NCBI RefSeq assembly: GCF_000341395.1
Contig: NC_020304.1
Span: 30,001-62,000 of the forward strand
Length of the DNA stretch: 32,000 nucleotides
Reading direction: 5' to 3'
Source of the DNA: Desulfocapsa sulfexigens DSM 10523
GTDB lineage: Bacteria; Desulfobacterota; Desulfobulbia; Desulfobulbales; Desulfocapsaceae
Position numbers and translations under genes: made by a program. Position 1 is the first letter of the stretch. The number at the start of each line of letters is the position of its first letter. The notes beneath the pieces are model-generated. The model saw only the letters and a list, made by a program, of their open reading frames with translations, was not told where the DNA came from and searched no databases. Below, in pieces: positions 15,337-23,863 of the stretch.

Positions 15337-17418
15337 TCATTTCATTTCATTTATTATTTTCGTTAAGGGTTCCGCCGGATAGCTTAACGGTATCATTTTT
15401 TTATGTATCTGTATAAAAAGACTCGGCCCGTCTTCACGACCACTGTATATAATATGATGCCCCTTGATATTTCCAACATTTTTCCAAAAACTATTAAAGG
15501 GATCAAGGGGTGTATGGCCAACCACAAATGGGGTTCGTTTAGGAAGTCCAAGGCTTCTCCGAAACTGTTTCACATCCCTTTTCTCATAACCGGCTAAGTA
15601 ATGAGATCGCTTGAGCCTGTTCGTTAAAAGTTCATAACATATTTCAGGATAACTTCGAAGATTAATCAGTTTTTCGCGACTGAGTTCCTTCCGCGGAGGA
15701 GCTGCATGACACGCCACACAGGAATCAGTTTTCATTACAATGGGAAGTCCATTGTAAAACTTCTGCATCTCCTCGACATACTCTTCCCCCCGCAATTCCT
15801 GAAGTCTTTTCCGCATCAAAACCCCCTGAAAGACCCCGCTCTTTGCAAGAGAGTTATCAAAGCTGTCATGATTGCCGAGAAGATAAAAGAAATTTTCGGG
15901 AAAATGGCATTTCATTTTAAAAATCAGATCCATCATCAATATGGAGCTATCCATATCTTCCATCTCTTTTGGAAGTTCGGAATGAATTGCATCCCCAAGA
16001 ATAATGAGAGCAGCACGATTTGAGGCCAGGTGAGCAAGAAGGCAATTTTCATTTAGAATTTTCAGAAAATTATCTACCCGGGCATGGAGATCACCAACAA
16101 TCAGTAGTCTTAAATCATCGGGAAGCTCAAGGAGTGCACCAGATGCACCATTGTCATCTTTTTCCCTATAGGGCTCACTGGAAAGGATTGTATTGACCTC
16201 TTTGATACTTTCCATAGCCTCAAGGGGGGGCAGCATGGTGATGGATTCCCCATAGATTTCACGAATACCCAAAATTGCATTATAGCGATTCGTCCCGATC
16301 CGTTCCCGAATATCCTGTTCTCCACTTCGAACAATCTGGATCGGGGTATTGCCATCGAGGGGACTGATTCTTAAATCACCCTTGATATTCATAACCGTCA
16401 AATGTCTTTTCGCCACACTGTTCGGAAAATGAAAAATTTCATCATACTGGTGATTATCGCGACCGATGAGCACCCTTTCTCCAACTCGTATTCTGGCAAA
16501 ACCATTGATAGTATCAGCCGTACACGCCTTAGATGGAGAAATCAGCCAGTTTTTCTGAATATTCTTTTTCTTTACCCCGATGGGAATCTCCGGGTGAAAA
16601 ACAAGCTTCTGCTCCCCAATAATCATTTCAAATGTTTTTCCGTCGTGGGGAATACGACAGTCTTTATCGAGTACCTGTAATTTATCGGTTACTGTGAACC
16701 ACTCTATGGGGTCCCTGCGTAAAAGCAGAGACTTCCAACCGGAGAAGGTCTTCAGATCCCGTTGATGGTCAGACTCTTCTCTGGCCCATTTTGGAACATT
16801 GACGTCATCCTTCCCAGCTATTCGCATGGGGGGCTTATTCAGTCCGCCACGGACATACACCTGCATCTTTGCCTGATGCATATACAAGGCGACTTCACGG
16901 TAAATATCCACTTGACGAATGACCATCTCCAATGTCAGGTTTTTATCCACAGGGAAGTACCCTTCCTTATGTCGCTCCATACGCTGTCTGAATATAGTTT
17001 GAGGATCGGGAAGCAGAAACTCGAAAATATAACGGTTTCTCCAGTCTGTCTGGAAAAAATATTTTTTTTCAGGCGGAATCTGAATTTTTTCAAGCTCTAG
17101 AAATAAAGGCTCCTCCGCTTCCAGCCATTCCTTATCAAAAACAGTTAAGGCCTCGGAAAACCCTTTAAACGGAAAACCAAGGTGCACCTCGCGCGGCCTG
17201 TAGGTAAGTGTTTGATCTTTCCACCATCCCTTGCGGGTTAAATCCACATACCCTTCATTAGGCCAACCATGCACATGATTAATATAATAGGTCTTGCCAG
17301 CTCCAGGAGGACCGGTTACCACCAGTTGAACAAAATTCAGACGAACCGGCAGCTGCACACCACGTATATTCTGAAGATGTTCTATGGGGACAAGATTTTT
17401 TTTCAGGGGATCAAGCAT
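15337..17418 (-). CDS. Multidomain protein: N-terminal P-loop NTPase/kinase-like + FHA-like domain + C-terminal calcineurin-type metallophosphoesterase
   Basis: The Walker A motif GPPGAGKT covers residues 36-43 (nt 17290-17313). The FHA-like stretch is VLIGRDN...VAKRHLTV...ISPLDGNTPIQI, residues ~305-365. The phosphoesterase motifs are GDLHA (442), GDAIHSE (475), GNHD (515), CHAAP (570) and GHTP (634). Confidence 0.7.
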   Translation of the reverse strand: MLDPLKKNLVPIEHLQNIRGVQLPVRLNFVQLVVTGPPGAGKTYYINHVHGWPNEGYVDLTRKGWWKDQTLTYRPREVHLGFPFKGFSEALTVFDKEWLEAEEPLFLELEKIQIPPEKKYFFQTDWRNRYIFEFLLPDPQTIFRQRMERHKEGYFPVDKNLTLEMVIRQVDIYREVALYMHQAKMQVYVRGGLNKPPMRIAGKDDVNVPKWAREESDHQRDLKTFSGWKSLLLRRDPIEWFTVTDKLQVLDKDCRIPHDGKTFEMIIGEQKLVFHPEIPIGVKKKNIQKNWLISPSKACTADTINGFARIRVGERVLIGRDNHQYDEIFHFPNSVAKRHLTVMNIKGDLRISPLDGNTPIQIVRSGEQDIRERIGTNRYNAILGIREIYGESITMLPPLEAMESIKEVNTILSSEPYREKDDNGASGALLELPDDLRLLIVGDLHARVDNFLKILNENCLLAHLASNRAALIILGDAIHSELPKEMEDMDSSILMMDLIFKMKCHFPENFFYLLGNHDSFDNSLAKSGVFQGVLMRKRLQELRGEEYVEEMQKFYNGLPIVMKTDSCVACHAAPPRKELSREKLINLRSYPEICYELLTNRLKRSHYLAGYEKRDVKQFRRSLGLPKRTPFVVGHTPLDPFNSFWKNVGNIKGHHIIYSGREDGPSLFIQIHKKMIPLSYPAEPLTKIINEMK

Positions 17419-17571
17419 GACTCTTAAAAAAACTAAGGTAAACGTGAAAAAACTGTTATATTACGCTATCAGTTAGTGGAATCTGTAATAAGGATATTGC
17501 TTATACAGCTTACCACGAAATTTAAACCCGGGTAAACCAGATTCTCTAAATTCTCAGTTCCTCCTTATCCT

Positions 17572-19413
17572 ATGTCAAAAATTCGTGTCCTTCCTGAACA
17601 ACTTGCCAATCGCATTGCTGCAGGTGAAGTGGTGGAACGCCCGGCTTCGGTTGTTAAAGAACTCATTGAAAACAGTCTGGATGCAGGTGCCACCAGAATT
17701 GAAATTGAAGTTGAGGATGGTGGGACACGACTGATCCGGATCATTGACAACGGTGAAGGCATGGATGAGGACGACGTCCTTCTCTGCCTGGAGCGCCATG
17801 GCACGTCAAAAATCCTCGCCGATGCTGATCTTGAGGCCATCAACTCCCTGGGCTTTCGCGGTGAAGCAATCCCTTCTATCTCTTCAGTCTCACGAATGAC
17901 CATCACTTCAAGGGAACAATCTGCAGATTTTGGCACTACAGCCGTTCTGAATTACGGAAAGCTTTATAAAATCCACGAAACCGGATCTGCACGCGGAACC
18001 ATCGTTGAAATAAGAAATTTGTTCGGAAACACTCCTGCCCGAAGAAAATTCCTCCGCACCAAACGTACTGAGCTGGGACACATTGATGAAGTTGTTAAAA
18101 ATTACGCCCTTGCGGCACCTCAGGTTGCCTTTATCCTCCGAATTGACACCAGGCAGACACTGCATCTGGACCATAGCCAGGGCCTTGCCCAGCGTCTTGC
18201 CACCGTTTTGCACTACAGCGGCTCTTTTATCGAAATCGGCTACTCCGAACCCGGTAGTTCCCTGCCACGCCTCAGCGGTCTTCTGGTGCCACCCGACTCA
18301 CCTCTGACCGGATCTGCCCGTATAAAAATACTGGTTAACGGGAGATCTGTTAAAGACAGGATGCTTACCCACGGCGTTGCTGAAGGATTACGCGGCTTTC
18401 TTATGAAAGGACGAAATCCCGCTGGCCTTCTCCACCTCCACCTTGACCCGGCCGACGTTGACGTTAACGTTCATCCAACCAAACAGGAAGTACGATTCAG
18501 ACGAAGCAGAGACATACATCAGCTTATCGTCCAGGCCATTCAGCAGGGCATGCAGGGGTATCAACAAACCCTGAAGAGTTCTTTTTTCAAATCTCCAGCC
18601 GCTGCAGTATCCCACCCCGAATCATCCAGCAAAGGAAAGCCCTACACCGCCCCTTCTGTTGTGCCACTTCAGACGGTAATCAAAACAGAAGAGCAGATTA
18701 AAACAGTGATACCGGAGACCTTTCCGACTGTCACCACATCTACTGCAGAACCGCTCCCGCAAATAGAAAGATCAACGACAACATCACTGCAAAACCAGTC
18801 GCCAAGACCGACCCCTCTGCCACAGGAACCCCAGGGACACGGTCTGAAGATTATTGGCCAGTACGACAAACTCTATATTTTCTGCCAGTCAAGCGACGGC
18901 CTGGTTGTCATTGACCAGCATGCGGCACATGAACGTCTGCTTTTCGAAAAACTCAAAAAACAATTTCTCAAGGGAAATATCACCCGCCAGACTCTCCTCT
19001 TTCCGGAAACCATCGAACTCTCCGTGGTAGACACCGCCAAGGTTGAACAGTACGGTCAGGAGATTGACAAGATGGGATTTACAATACGTGAATTCGGCGG
19101 TAATTCCTATGTTATTTCTGCAGTCCCCGCCCTGGGAAATCATCTTGCCCCTGCTGAACTGTTTTTCGATATCCTGGAACAGTTCGGTAGCCCGACAGGC
19201 AATCAACGAAAGGGCTCACTCCTCGAAGATGTTCTTGCCTCAATGGCCTGCAAAGCTGCGATAAAATCGGGAGATGCACTCTCATTAAAAGAAATCGAGG
19301 CACTCCTTGACAGCATGGCGCGTGCCGATCTCTTTTCCCACTGTCCTCATGGGAGGCCTGTACTGAAGCAGTTCACGGAAACGGAAATAAAAAAATGGTT
19401 TCACCGCTCCTGA
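17572..19413 (+). CDS. mutL: DNA mismatch repair protein MutL
   Basis: The GHKL ATPase N-terminus reads IRVLPEQLANRIAAGEVVERPASVVKELIENSLDAGAT...DNGEGM. The C-terminal dimerisation domain has QHAAHERLLFE and a CPHGRP end. Confidence 0.95.
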   Translation: MSKIRVLPEQLANRIAAGEVVERPASVVKELIENSLDAGATRIEIEVEDGGTRLIRIIDNGEGMDEDDVLLCLERHGTSKILADADLEAINSLGFRGEAIPSISSVSRMTITSREQSADFGTTAVLNYGKLYKIHETGSARGTIVEIRNLFGNTPARRKFLRTKRTELGHIDEVVKNYALAAPQVAFILRIDTRQTLHLDHSQGLAQRLATVLHYSGSFIEIGYSEPGSSLPRLSGLLVPPDSPLTGSARIKILVNGRSVKDRMLTHGVAEGLRGFLMKGRNPAGLLHLHLDPADVDVNVHPTKQEVRFRRSRDIHQLIVQAIQQGMQGYQQTLKSSFFKSPAAAVSHPESSSKGKPYTAPSVVPLQTVIKTEEQIKTVIPETFPTVTTSTAEPLPQIERSTTTSLQNQSPRPTPLPQEPQGHGLKIIGQYDKLYIFCQSSDGLVVIDQHAAHERLLFEKLKKQFLKGNITRQTLLFPETIELSVVDTAKVEQYGQEIDKMGFTIREFGGNSYVISAVPALGNHLAPAELFFDILEQFGSPTGNQRKGSLLEDVLASMACKAAIKSGDALSLKEIEALLDSMARADLFSHCPHGRPVLKQFTETEIKKWFHRS

Positions 19414-19958
19414 TGCATTTTTTCCAGAAAAAAAAGACTCTCTTCCTCCTTATCCTTCTCTGCATGTTATGTAGTGCCTGCGCTAAACCACCCGTAAGCA
19501 GGTTAATGGAAACCACTGCCTATTGCGGCTGCTCAAAATGCTGTTCCTGGGAACGCGGATCCTGGGCCTACCTGAAGCTGGATTTCTGGAATCGGTACGT
19601 AAGTGCAGGAAAAGGAGCAGGAAGGGATTATACCGGACAGACAGCCAGCGGCTCCTATCCAAATGAGCCCGAAGAGGGCTTTTTCTCGATGGACACCATA
19701 CAGCGACCATGGATGATCCCGACCCGACTGATTTTCTTTCCCTGGTATTTTCTCCCGGAAGATGGAACCATAGCAGCCGATACCAGGTATTATCCTTTCG
19801 GGACACGAATGTATGTTCCAGGCTGGGGCTGGGGGGAAGTAGAAGATCGCGGCGGAGCTATTAAAGGACCGGACCGAATTGATCTCTACTTTGATTCCCA
19901 TTCGGACGCACTGCTGTGGGGACGACGCAAACTTTCAGTAATAATAGAGAAACCTTAA
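19395..19958 (+). CDS. 3D-domain (MltA/RlpA-like) secreted or lipoprotein
   Basis: The hydrophobic leader ends in LCSAC. The C-terminal region GTIAADTRYYPFGTRMYVPGWGWGEVEDRGGAIKGPDRIDLYFDS is typical of the 3D domain. An alternative start at 19413 overlaps the mutL stop as TGATG. Confidence 0.7.
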   Translation: MVSPLLMHFFQKKKTLFLLILLCMLCSACAKPPVSRLMETTAYCGCSKCCSWERGSWAYLKLDFWNRYVSAGKGAGRDYTGQTASGSYPNEPEEGFFSMDTIQRPWMIPTRLIFFPWYFLPEDGTIAADTRYYPFGTRMYVPGWGWGEVEDRGGAIKGPDRIDLYFDSHSDALLWGRRKLSVIIEKP

Positions 19959-19969
19959 AAAAACACACT

Positions 19970-21298
19970 ATGAAAAAACAACATATAAAAATTATAGGGG
20001 GCGGACTCGCTGGATGTGAAGCCGCATGGCAGGCGGCACAGCAGGGAATTGCCGTTCATCTCTACGAAATGAAGCCACAGAAATTCAGTCCGGCGCACAG
20101 CTCATCATCCTTGGCGGAACTCGTCTGCAGCAATTCTCTCCGCTCCAACTCCCCAACGTCCGCTGTCGGATTACTGAAAGAGGAGATGCGAATCATGGGC
20201 TCTCTCCTCATTCAGGTTGCCGATGAAACTGCTGTTCCTGCTGGCCAGGCTCTTGCCGTAAACAGGGAGGATTTTGCTACCAGAGTAACGGAGAAAATCA
20301 CTGCCCACCCTCTCGTCACCATCCATCACGAGGAGCAGACAGAACTCAATCCAGACTCTGACACTCCAATTATTTTAGCCACCGGCCCCCTAACCTCTGA
20401 AGCCATGACGGAATCATTGGTAAAACTCACAGGAAAAGAGCGTCTCGCCTTCTATGATGCCATTGCTCCCATTGTTTCCAAAGAATCACTCAACATGGAC
20501 ATTATTTACTCCAAATCCCGCTGGCAGGATGGCCCTGGAGATTACCTGAACTGTCCCTTTGACAAGGAAGAATACCTCGCTTTTATTGATGCACTGGGAA
20601 AGGGCAAGACGGTACCACTTAAGAGCTTCGAAGACGAGAAGTACTTCGAGGGTTGTCTGCCGATTGAAGTAATGCGGGCAAGGGGTGAGGAAACACTGCG
20701 TTTTGGGCCAATGAAGCCTGTGGGGTTGCGTAATCCCAACACTGGCCAGGACCCGTACGCGGCGGTTCAGTTACGCATGGAAAACAGGGAAGGAACTATA
20801 TACAACCTGGTCGGCTTCCAGACAAAGCTCACCTATCCTGAACAAAAGCGTATTTTCAGAATGATCCCGGGGATGGCAAATGCTGACTTTGTCAGACTTG
20901 GGTCAATTCACCGTAACACTTTTGTCTGTGCTCCGGAAGTCCTGGAGCCAGACCTGCAGTTAAAGAATGCTCCAAATATCTATCTTGCAGGACAGCTCTC
21001 AGGTGTTGAGGGCTACGTTGAGTCAATTGCAATGGGTATGCTTGCTGGACTCAATGCAGCCAGATCCATTTTGGAAAAAGTCGTTATTGCGCCACCACCC
21101 GAAACAGCCCTTGGGGCTCTTATAGGTCATCTCACCCGGTCAGATCCGAAGTGTTTTCAACCGTCAAATGTCAATTTTGGTCTTTTCCCTTCCTGGGAAA
21201 AAAAAGTTCCGAAAAAGTTGCGCGGAGAAAAACGCAATGAACAGTCAATGACAGCGTTGCACCTGTGGCGGGAGCAACTTGGACTGACACCAAGCTAA
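19970..21298 (+). CDS. trmFO: Methylenetetrahydrofolate--tRNA-(uracil-5-)-methyltransferase TrmFO
   Basis: IKIIGGGLAGCEAAWQAAQQGIAVHLYEMKP plus the GidA-like core. The start is set at the internal ATG at 19970, after the upstream stop, rather than at the track start 19916. Confidence 0.9.
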   Translation: MKKQHIKIIGGGLAGCEAAWQAAQQGIAVHLYEMKPQKFSPAHSSSSLAELVCSNSLRSNSPTSAVGLLKEEMRIMGSLLIQVADETAVPAGQALAVNREDFATRVTEKITAHPLVTIHHEEQTELNPDSDTPIILATGPLTSEAMTESLVKLTGKERLAFYDAIAPIVSKESLNMDIIYSKSRWQDGPGDYLNCPFDKEEYLAFIDALGKGKTVPLKSFEDEKYFEGCLPIEVMRARGEETLRFGPMKPVGLRNPNTGQDPYAAVQLRMENREGTIYNLVGFQTKLTYPEQKRIFRMIPGMANADFVRLGSIHRNTFVCAPEVLEPDLQLKNAPNIYLAGQLSGVEGYVESIAMGMLAGLNAARSILEKVVIAPPPETALGALIGHLTRSDPKCFQPSNVNFGLFPSWEKKVPKKLRGEKRNEQSMTALHLWREQLGLTPS

Positions 21299-21307
21299 TA
21301 GTACAAC

Positions 21308-22564
21308 TTACACATCCCCATTTTCTGTTTTTCCACGGAGTTTCCATATCCTTGCAAGTACCGGCGGATGGCTGTAATGGAAGAAGACCATCGCCGGATG
21401 GGGGGTAAGATTTGACAAATTGGCGACAGAGAGCTTTTTCAGCCCGCTAACCAGTGCTGCGCCACGGCTGGGAGAATCTGCAGCATAGCGATCTGCCTGA
21501 TACTCATGTTTTCGTGAAAGAACATTCACCAGAATTCCAAGAAGAAGATTCAGTGGAGAAAAAATAAAGGAAAAAATAATCAACGCACCATAAATGGAGA
21601 CATGCTCCATCTGAAAAGCTGCAAAGAGCTTTTCATTGCCAATAAAAAGGGAAAGGAGGAAAAAGAGGAGGCCGGTATGGCAAACAGAAATCACCATCAT
21701 TTTGAAGATATGTCGATGTTTGTAGTGTCCCATTTCATGGGCAAGAACGGCAACGACTTCATCTTCATCAAGTTTCTCAAGGAGGGTGTCGTAAAAGACG
21801 ATTTTCCTGAATTTTCCAAAACCAGTGAAAAATGCGTTGAGTTTAGTAGATCTTTTTGATCCATCCATGGTGTAGATTCCCTGGATGTTAAATGCAGCAC
21901 TTTTGGCAAACGCGAGTACCTTTTCCTTCAATGTTCCATCTTCGAGGGGAATAAATTTATTAAAAAGTGGCATAATCAGGACAGGCGCAAGAAATTGTAG
22001 AACAATACTGATCAGTGTCAGTCCTATCCAGCAGTACACCCAGGCAAGATCCCCAGCAGTCTCAAAGAACCAGAGGATTAGGTAAAGAACCGGCACTCCA
22101 AGAAGCACACTGAGAAAAAGTGCTTTTAGAATATCGGCACAGTATGTCTTTATGGTTGTTTTATTGAAACCAAATTGTTCTTCAATAACAAAGGTTGAAT
22201 AGAAACTGAAAGGAAGAGAAAGCAGGGAACTGAGCAAGAGGAGAAGAGCGATATAGACGACACCGCTGACAATTGATCCCAGTTGAAAACTACGAACAAA
22301 GAGATCAACCGAATTAAAACCTCCGACCAAAAGGAAACCAAGTACAAACAGGGTACTGACAGTAGATTCTATCAGGCCAAACTGGCTTGTCGCCCTGGTA
22401 TACTCCTGGGATTTACGATATTCCTCTCTATCAAATACATCCTGAAACTCCTTCGGCACCTCATTTAGCAAAGCCTTGATATTGAGGTATGACAAAAACA
22501 GTTCCAGAAGATAATTCCCGACAAGGATTACAAGTATAAAGAGCAACCAGCTATTCGTTTCCAT
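21308..22564 (-). CDS. Ste24-type M48 family zinc metalloprotease (polytopic membrane)
   Basis: HEMGHYKHRH (HExxH) is present with multiple TM helices on both sides. The ATG at 22564 (METNSWLLF...) is preferred, because the TTG at 22606 lies inside the T-run of the upstream terminator. Confidence 0.85.
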   Translation of the reverse strand: METNSWLLFILVILVGNYLLELFLSYLNIKALLNEVPKEFQDVFDREEYRKSQEYTRATSQFGLIESTVSTLFVLGFLLVGGFNSVDLFVRSFQLGSIVSGVVYIALLLLLSSLLSLPFSFYSTFVIEEQFGFNKTTIKTYCADILKALFLSVLLGVPVLYLILWFFETAGDLAWVYCWIGLTLISIVLQFLAPVLIMPLFNKFIPLEDGTLKEKVLAFAKSAAFNIQGIYTMDGSKRSTKLNAFFTGFGKFRKIVFYDTLLEKLDEDEVVAVLAHEMGHYKHRHIFKMMVISVCHTGLLFFLLSLFIGNEKLFAAFQMEHVSIYGALIIFSFIFSPLNLLLGILVNVLSRKHEYQADRYAADSPSRGAALVSGLKKLSVANLSNLTPHPAMVFFHYSHPPVLARIWKLRGKTENGDV

Positions 22565-22603
22565 AGATTCAGCAAATACTTTGATTGTTATTCCGACAAC
22601 AAA

Positions 22604-22639
22604 CAAAAAAAGGCCGTTACAGTAAACTCTGCAACGGCC
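22604..22639 (-). terminator. Rho-independent terminator after the heme-sensor/HAMP gene
   Basis: Read on the minus strand, GGCCGUUGCAG-AGUUUA-CUGUAACGGCC forms 11 bp including one G-U pair, followed by U7. Confidence 0.8.
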
Positions 22640-22662
22640 CTTCCCATCATGTACAGACGATT

Positions 22663-23565
22663 TTATTTCTTCTGTTCCTTACGATCTGGACAGGTACGTT
22701 TCAGCAACTTGTTGACACTGATCCGCATCCGGTCAATGGAATTAGCAAGTCCACCTATCTCATCGTTTGAATCGGTATGAATAGAATCACAAAGATTTTT
22801 ACCAATACTGATATCCTTGGCTGCATCTGACAGGTGGATAATAGGCGCCACAACCGATCTATCAAGAAAAACCCATATACAGATAATTGTTACCAGCAGA
22901 CAGCCAATACCGACAAAGAAGATCTTCATAGCAGACTGCTTGGCATCTGCAAGCGTCTTTGAAATGGAAATATAAATGATGGATGTTCCAACGGTAGAGT
23001 CCATCTTCCAGTTGTAGCCATTCTCAGTACCATAAATATCACGCTGATCAGCAGGGGCATCGGCAGGGTCACCATGACAGGTCAAACAAAACGCCTTATC
23101 GACCTTAATGGGCTTTGCTGTATAAAAATACTTTTTACCGTCCTTATCCATGACACCTTGCTGCTCGGTTGCTTGAGGATTGGAGGCAAAGTACTGAATA
23201 ACACCCTCCTCTTGCGCATTGGCTTTATTATCTGGCCAGAGAGGATCGAGAGTTGCCTGTTTGAAAATATATCCTTCCAGTGTTTCCTGAAAAATCTCAT
23301 ATTCCATACGATTGACAACAAACCTGGACATGAGCTCTGGTATAAAGGTGTCTCTATCGTCTATAAGATCTTTAATGAGAGGGTATTGGTCTTTACCAAA
23401 AAACGTGGAACTGGCTTCAATATAATTATAAATAATCTCGCCTTTGCTTTTAGCTTCAGCAATGGCACTCTGCCGACTGAGCATATAGCTTGTATACCCA
23501 ATGGCTATAGTCGCCAACAGACTCAATACTGTGATAATGATAATAAACTTTGACCGTATCCCCAT
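22663..23565 (-). CDS. Membrane sensor: periplasmic heme-c binding domain (DUF3365/Tll0287-like) + TM + HAMP, with no output domain
   Basis: After an N-terminal TM helix, the periplasmic domain carries a single CLTCHGDPADAP motif. A second TM helix and a HAMP-like segment follow (VVAPIIHLSDAAKDI...NDEIGGLANSIDRM), then a stop. GGAGG lies 9 nt before the ATG at 23565 and directly abuts the ATG at 23574. Confidence 0.65.
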   Translation of the reverse strand: MGIRSKFIIIITVLSLLATIAIGYTSYMLSRQSAIAEAKSKGEIIYNYIEASSTFFGKDQYPLIKDLIDDRDTFIPELMSRFVVNRMEYEIFQETLEGYIFKQATLDPLWPDNKANAQEEGVIQYFASNPQATEQQGVMDKDGKKYFYTAKPIKVDKAFCLTCHGDPADAPADQRDIYGTENGYNWKMDSTVGTSIIYISISKTLADAKQSAMKIFFVGIGCLLVTIICIWVFLDRSVVAPIIHLSDAAKDISIGKNLCDSIHTDSNDEIGGLANSIDRMRISVNKLLKRTCPDRKEQKK

Positions 23566-23863
23566 TTCTTGCATCCTCCATACCTTCGTTTTTCCCTAAC
23601 AAGTTTTTCATTACTACTTGCTGAATTTAGGGCAAGTATAGCACCTCTTCTTTTAAATGAAAGCAAGAAATCGAAAAACTTATTGTTTTTTCAGGACCTT
23701 CAAAGCAATAAACGAAATTCTTTAACTGCTCCATTCTCTCCCTCTACACGCCTTTCTCCTTGACAAACATGCCTAAGCTCTACTAAAAATAGGTTAGGAG
23801 AAAGGAAATTCTTTGATTAAGAATAGTTACCATATGAATATGAAGTTTCTTCGGGGAGAAACC

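Noticed and set aside
17565-17936. Long antisense ORFs opposite well-supported genes. Examples are 17565-17936(-) in mutL, 5788-6381(-) and 5502-5948(-) in the FMN subunit, 7662-8204(-) in the GXGXG fusion, 23074-23553(+) in the sensor gene, 13177-13503(+) and 13705-14016(+) in the PiT gene, and 19533-19901(-) in the 3D-domain gene.
   Set aside because: Their translations are low-complexity or compositionally skewed, with no motifs and no RBS. Each lies entirely within a gene that has clear family signatures. They are typical shadow ORFs.
21298-21308. The convergent ends of trmFO and the M48 protease are only 9 nt apart, so I looked for a shared terminator.
   Set aside because: There is no room for a hairpin between the stop codons, and I could not verify any obvious stem-loop spanning the gene ends.
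23575-23863. The divergent control region between the sensor and outer-membrane genes, with an ACTTGC-N10-GCAAGT inverted repeat and a TTGACA at 23760-23765.
   Set aside because: The inverted repeat is short (6 bp). The -10 partner of the TTGACA is ambiguous within an A-run. There is not enough evidence to call an operator or a promoter.
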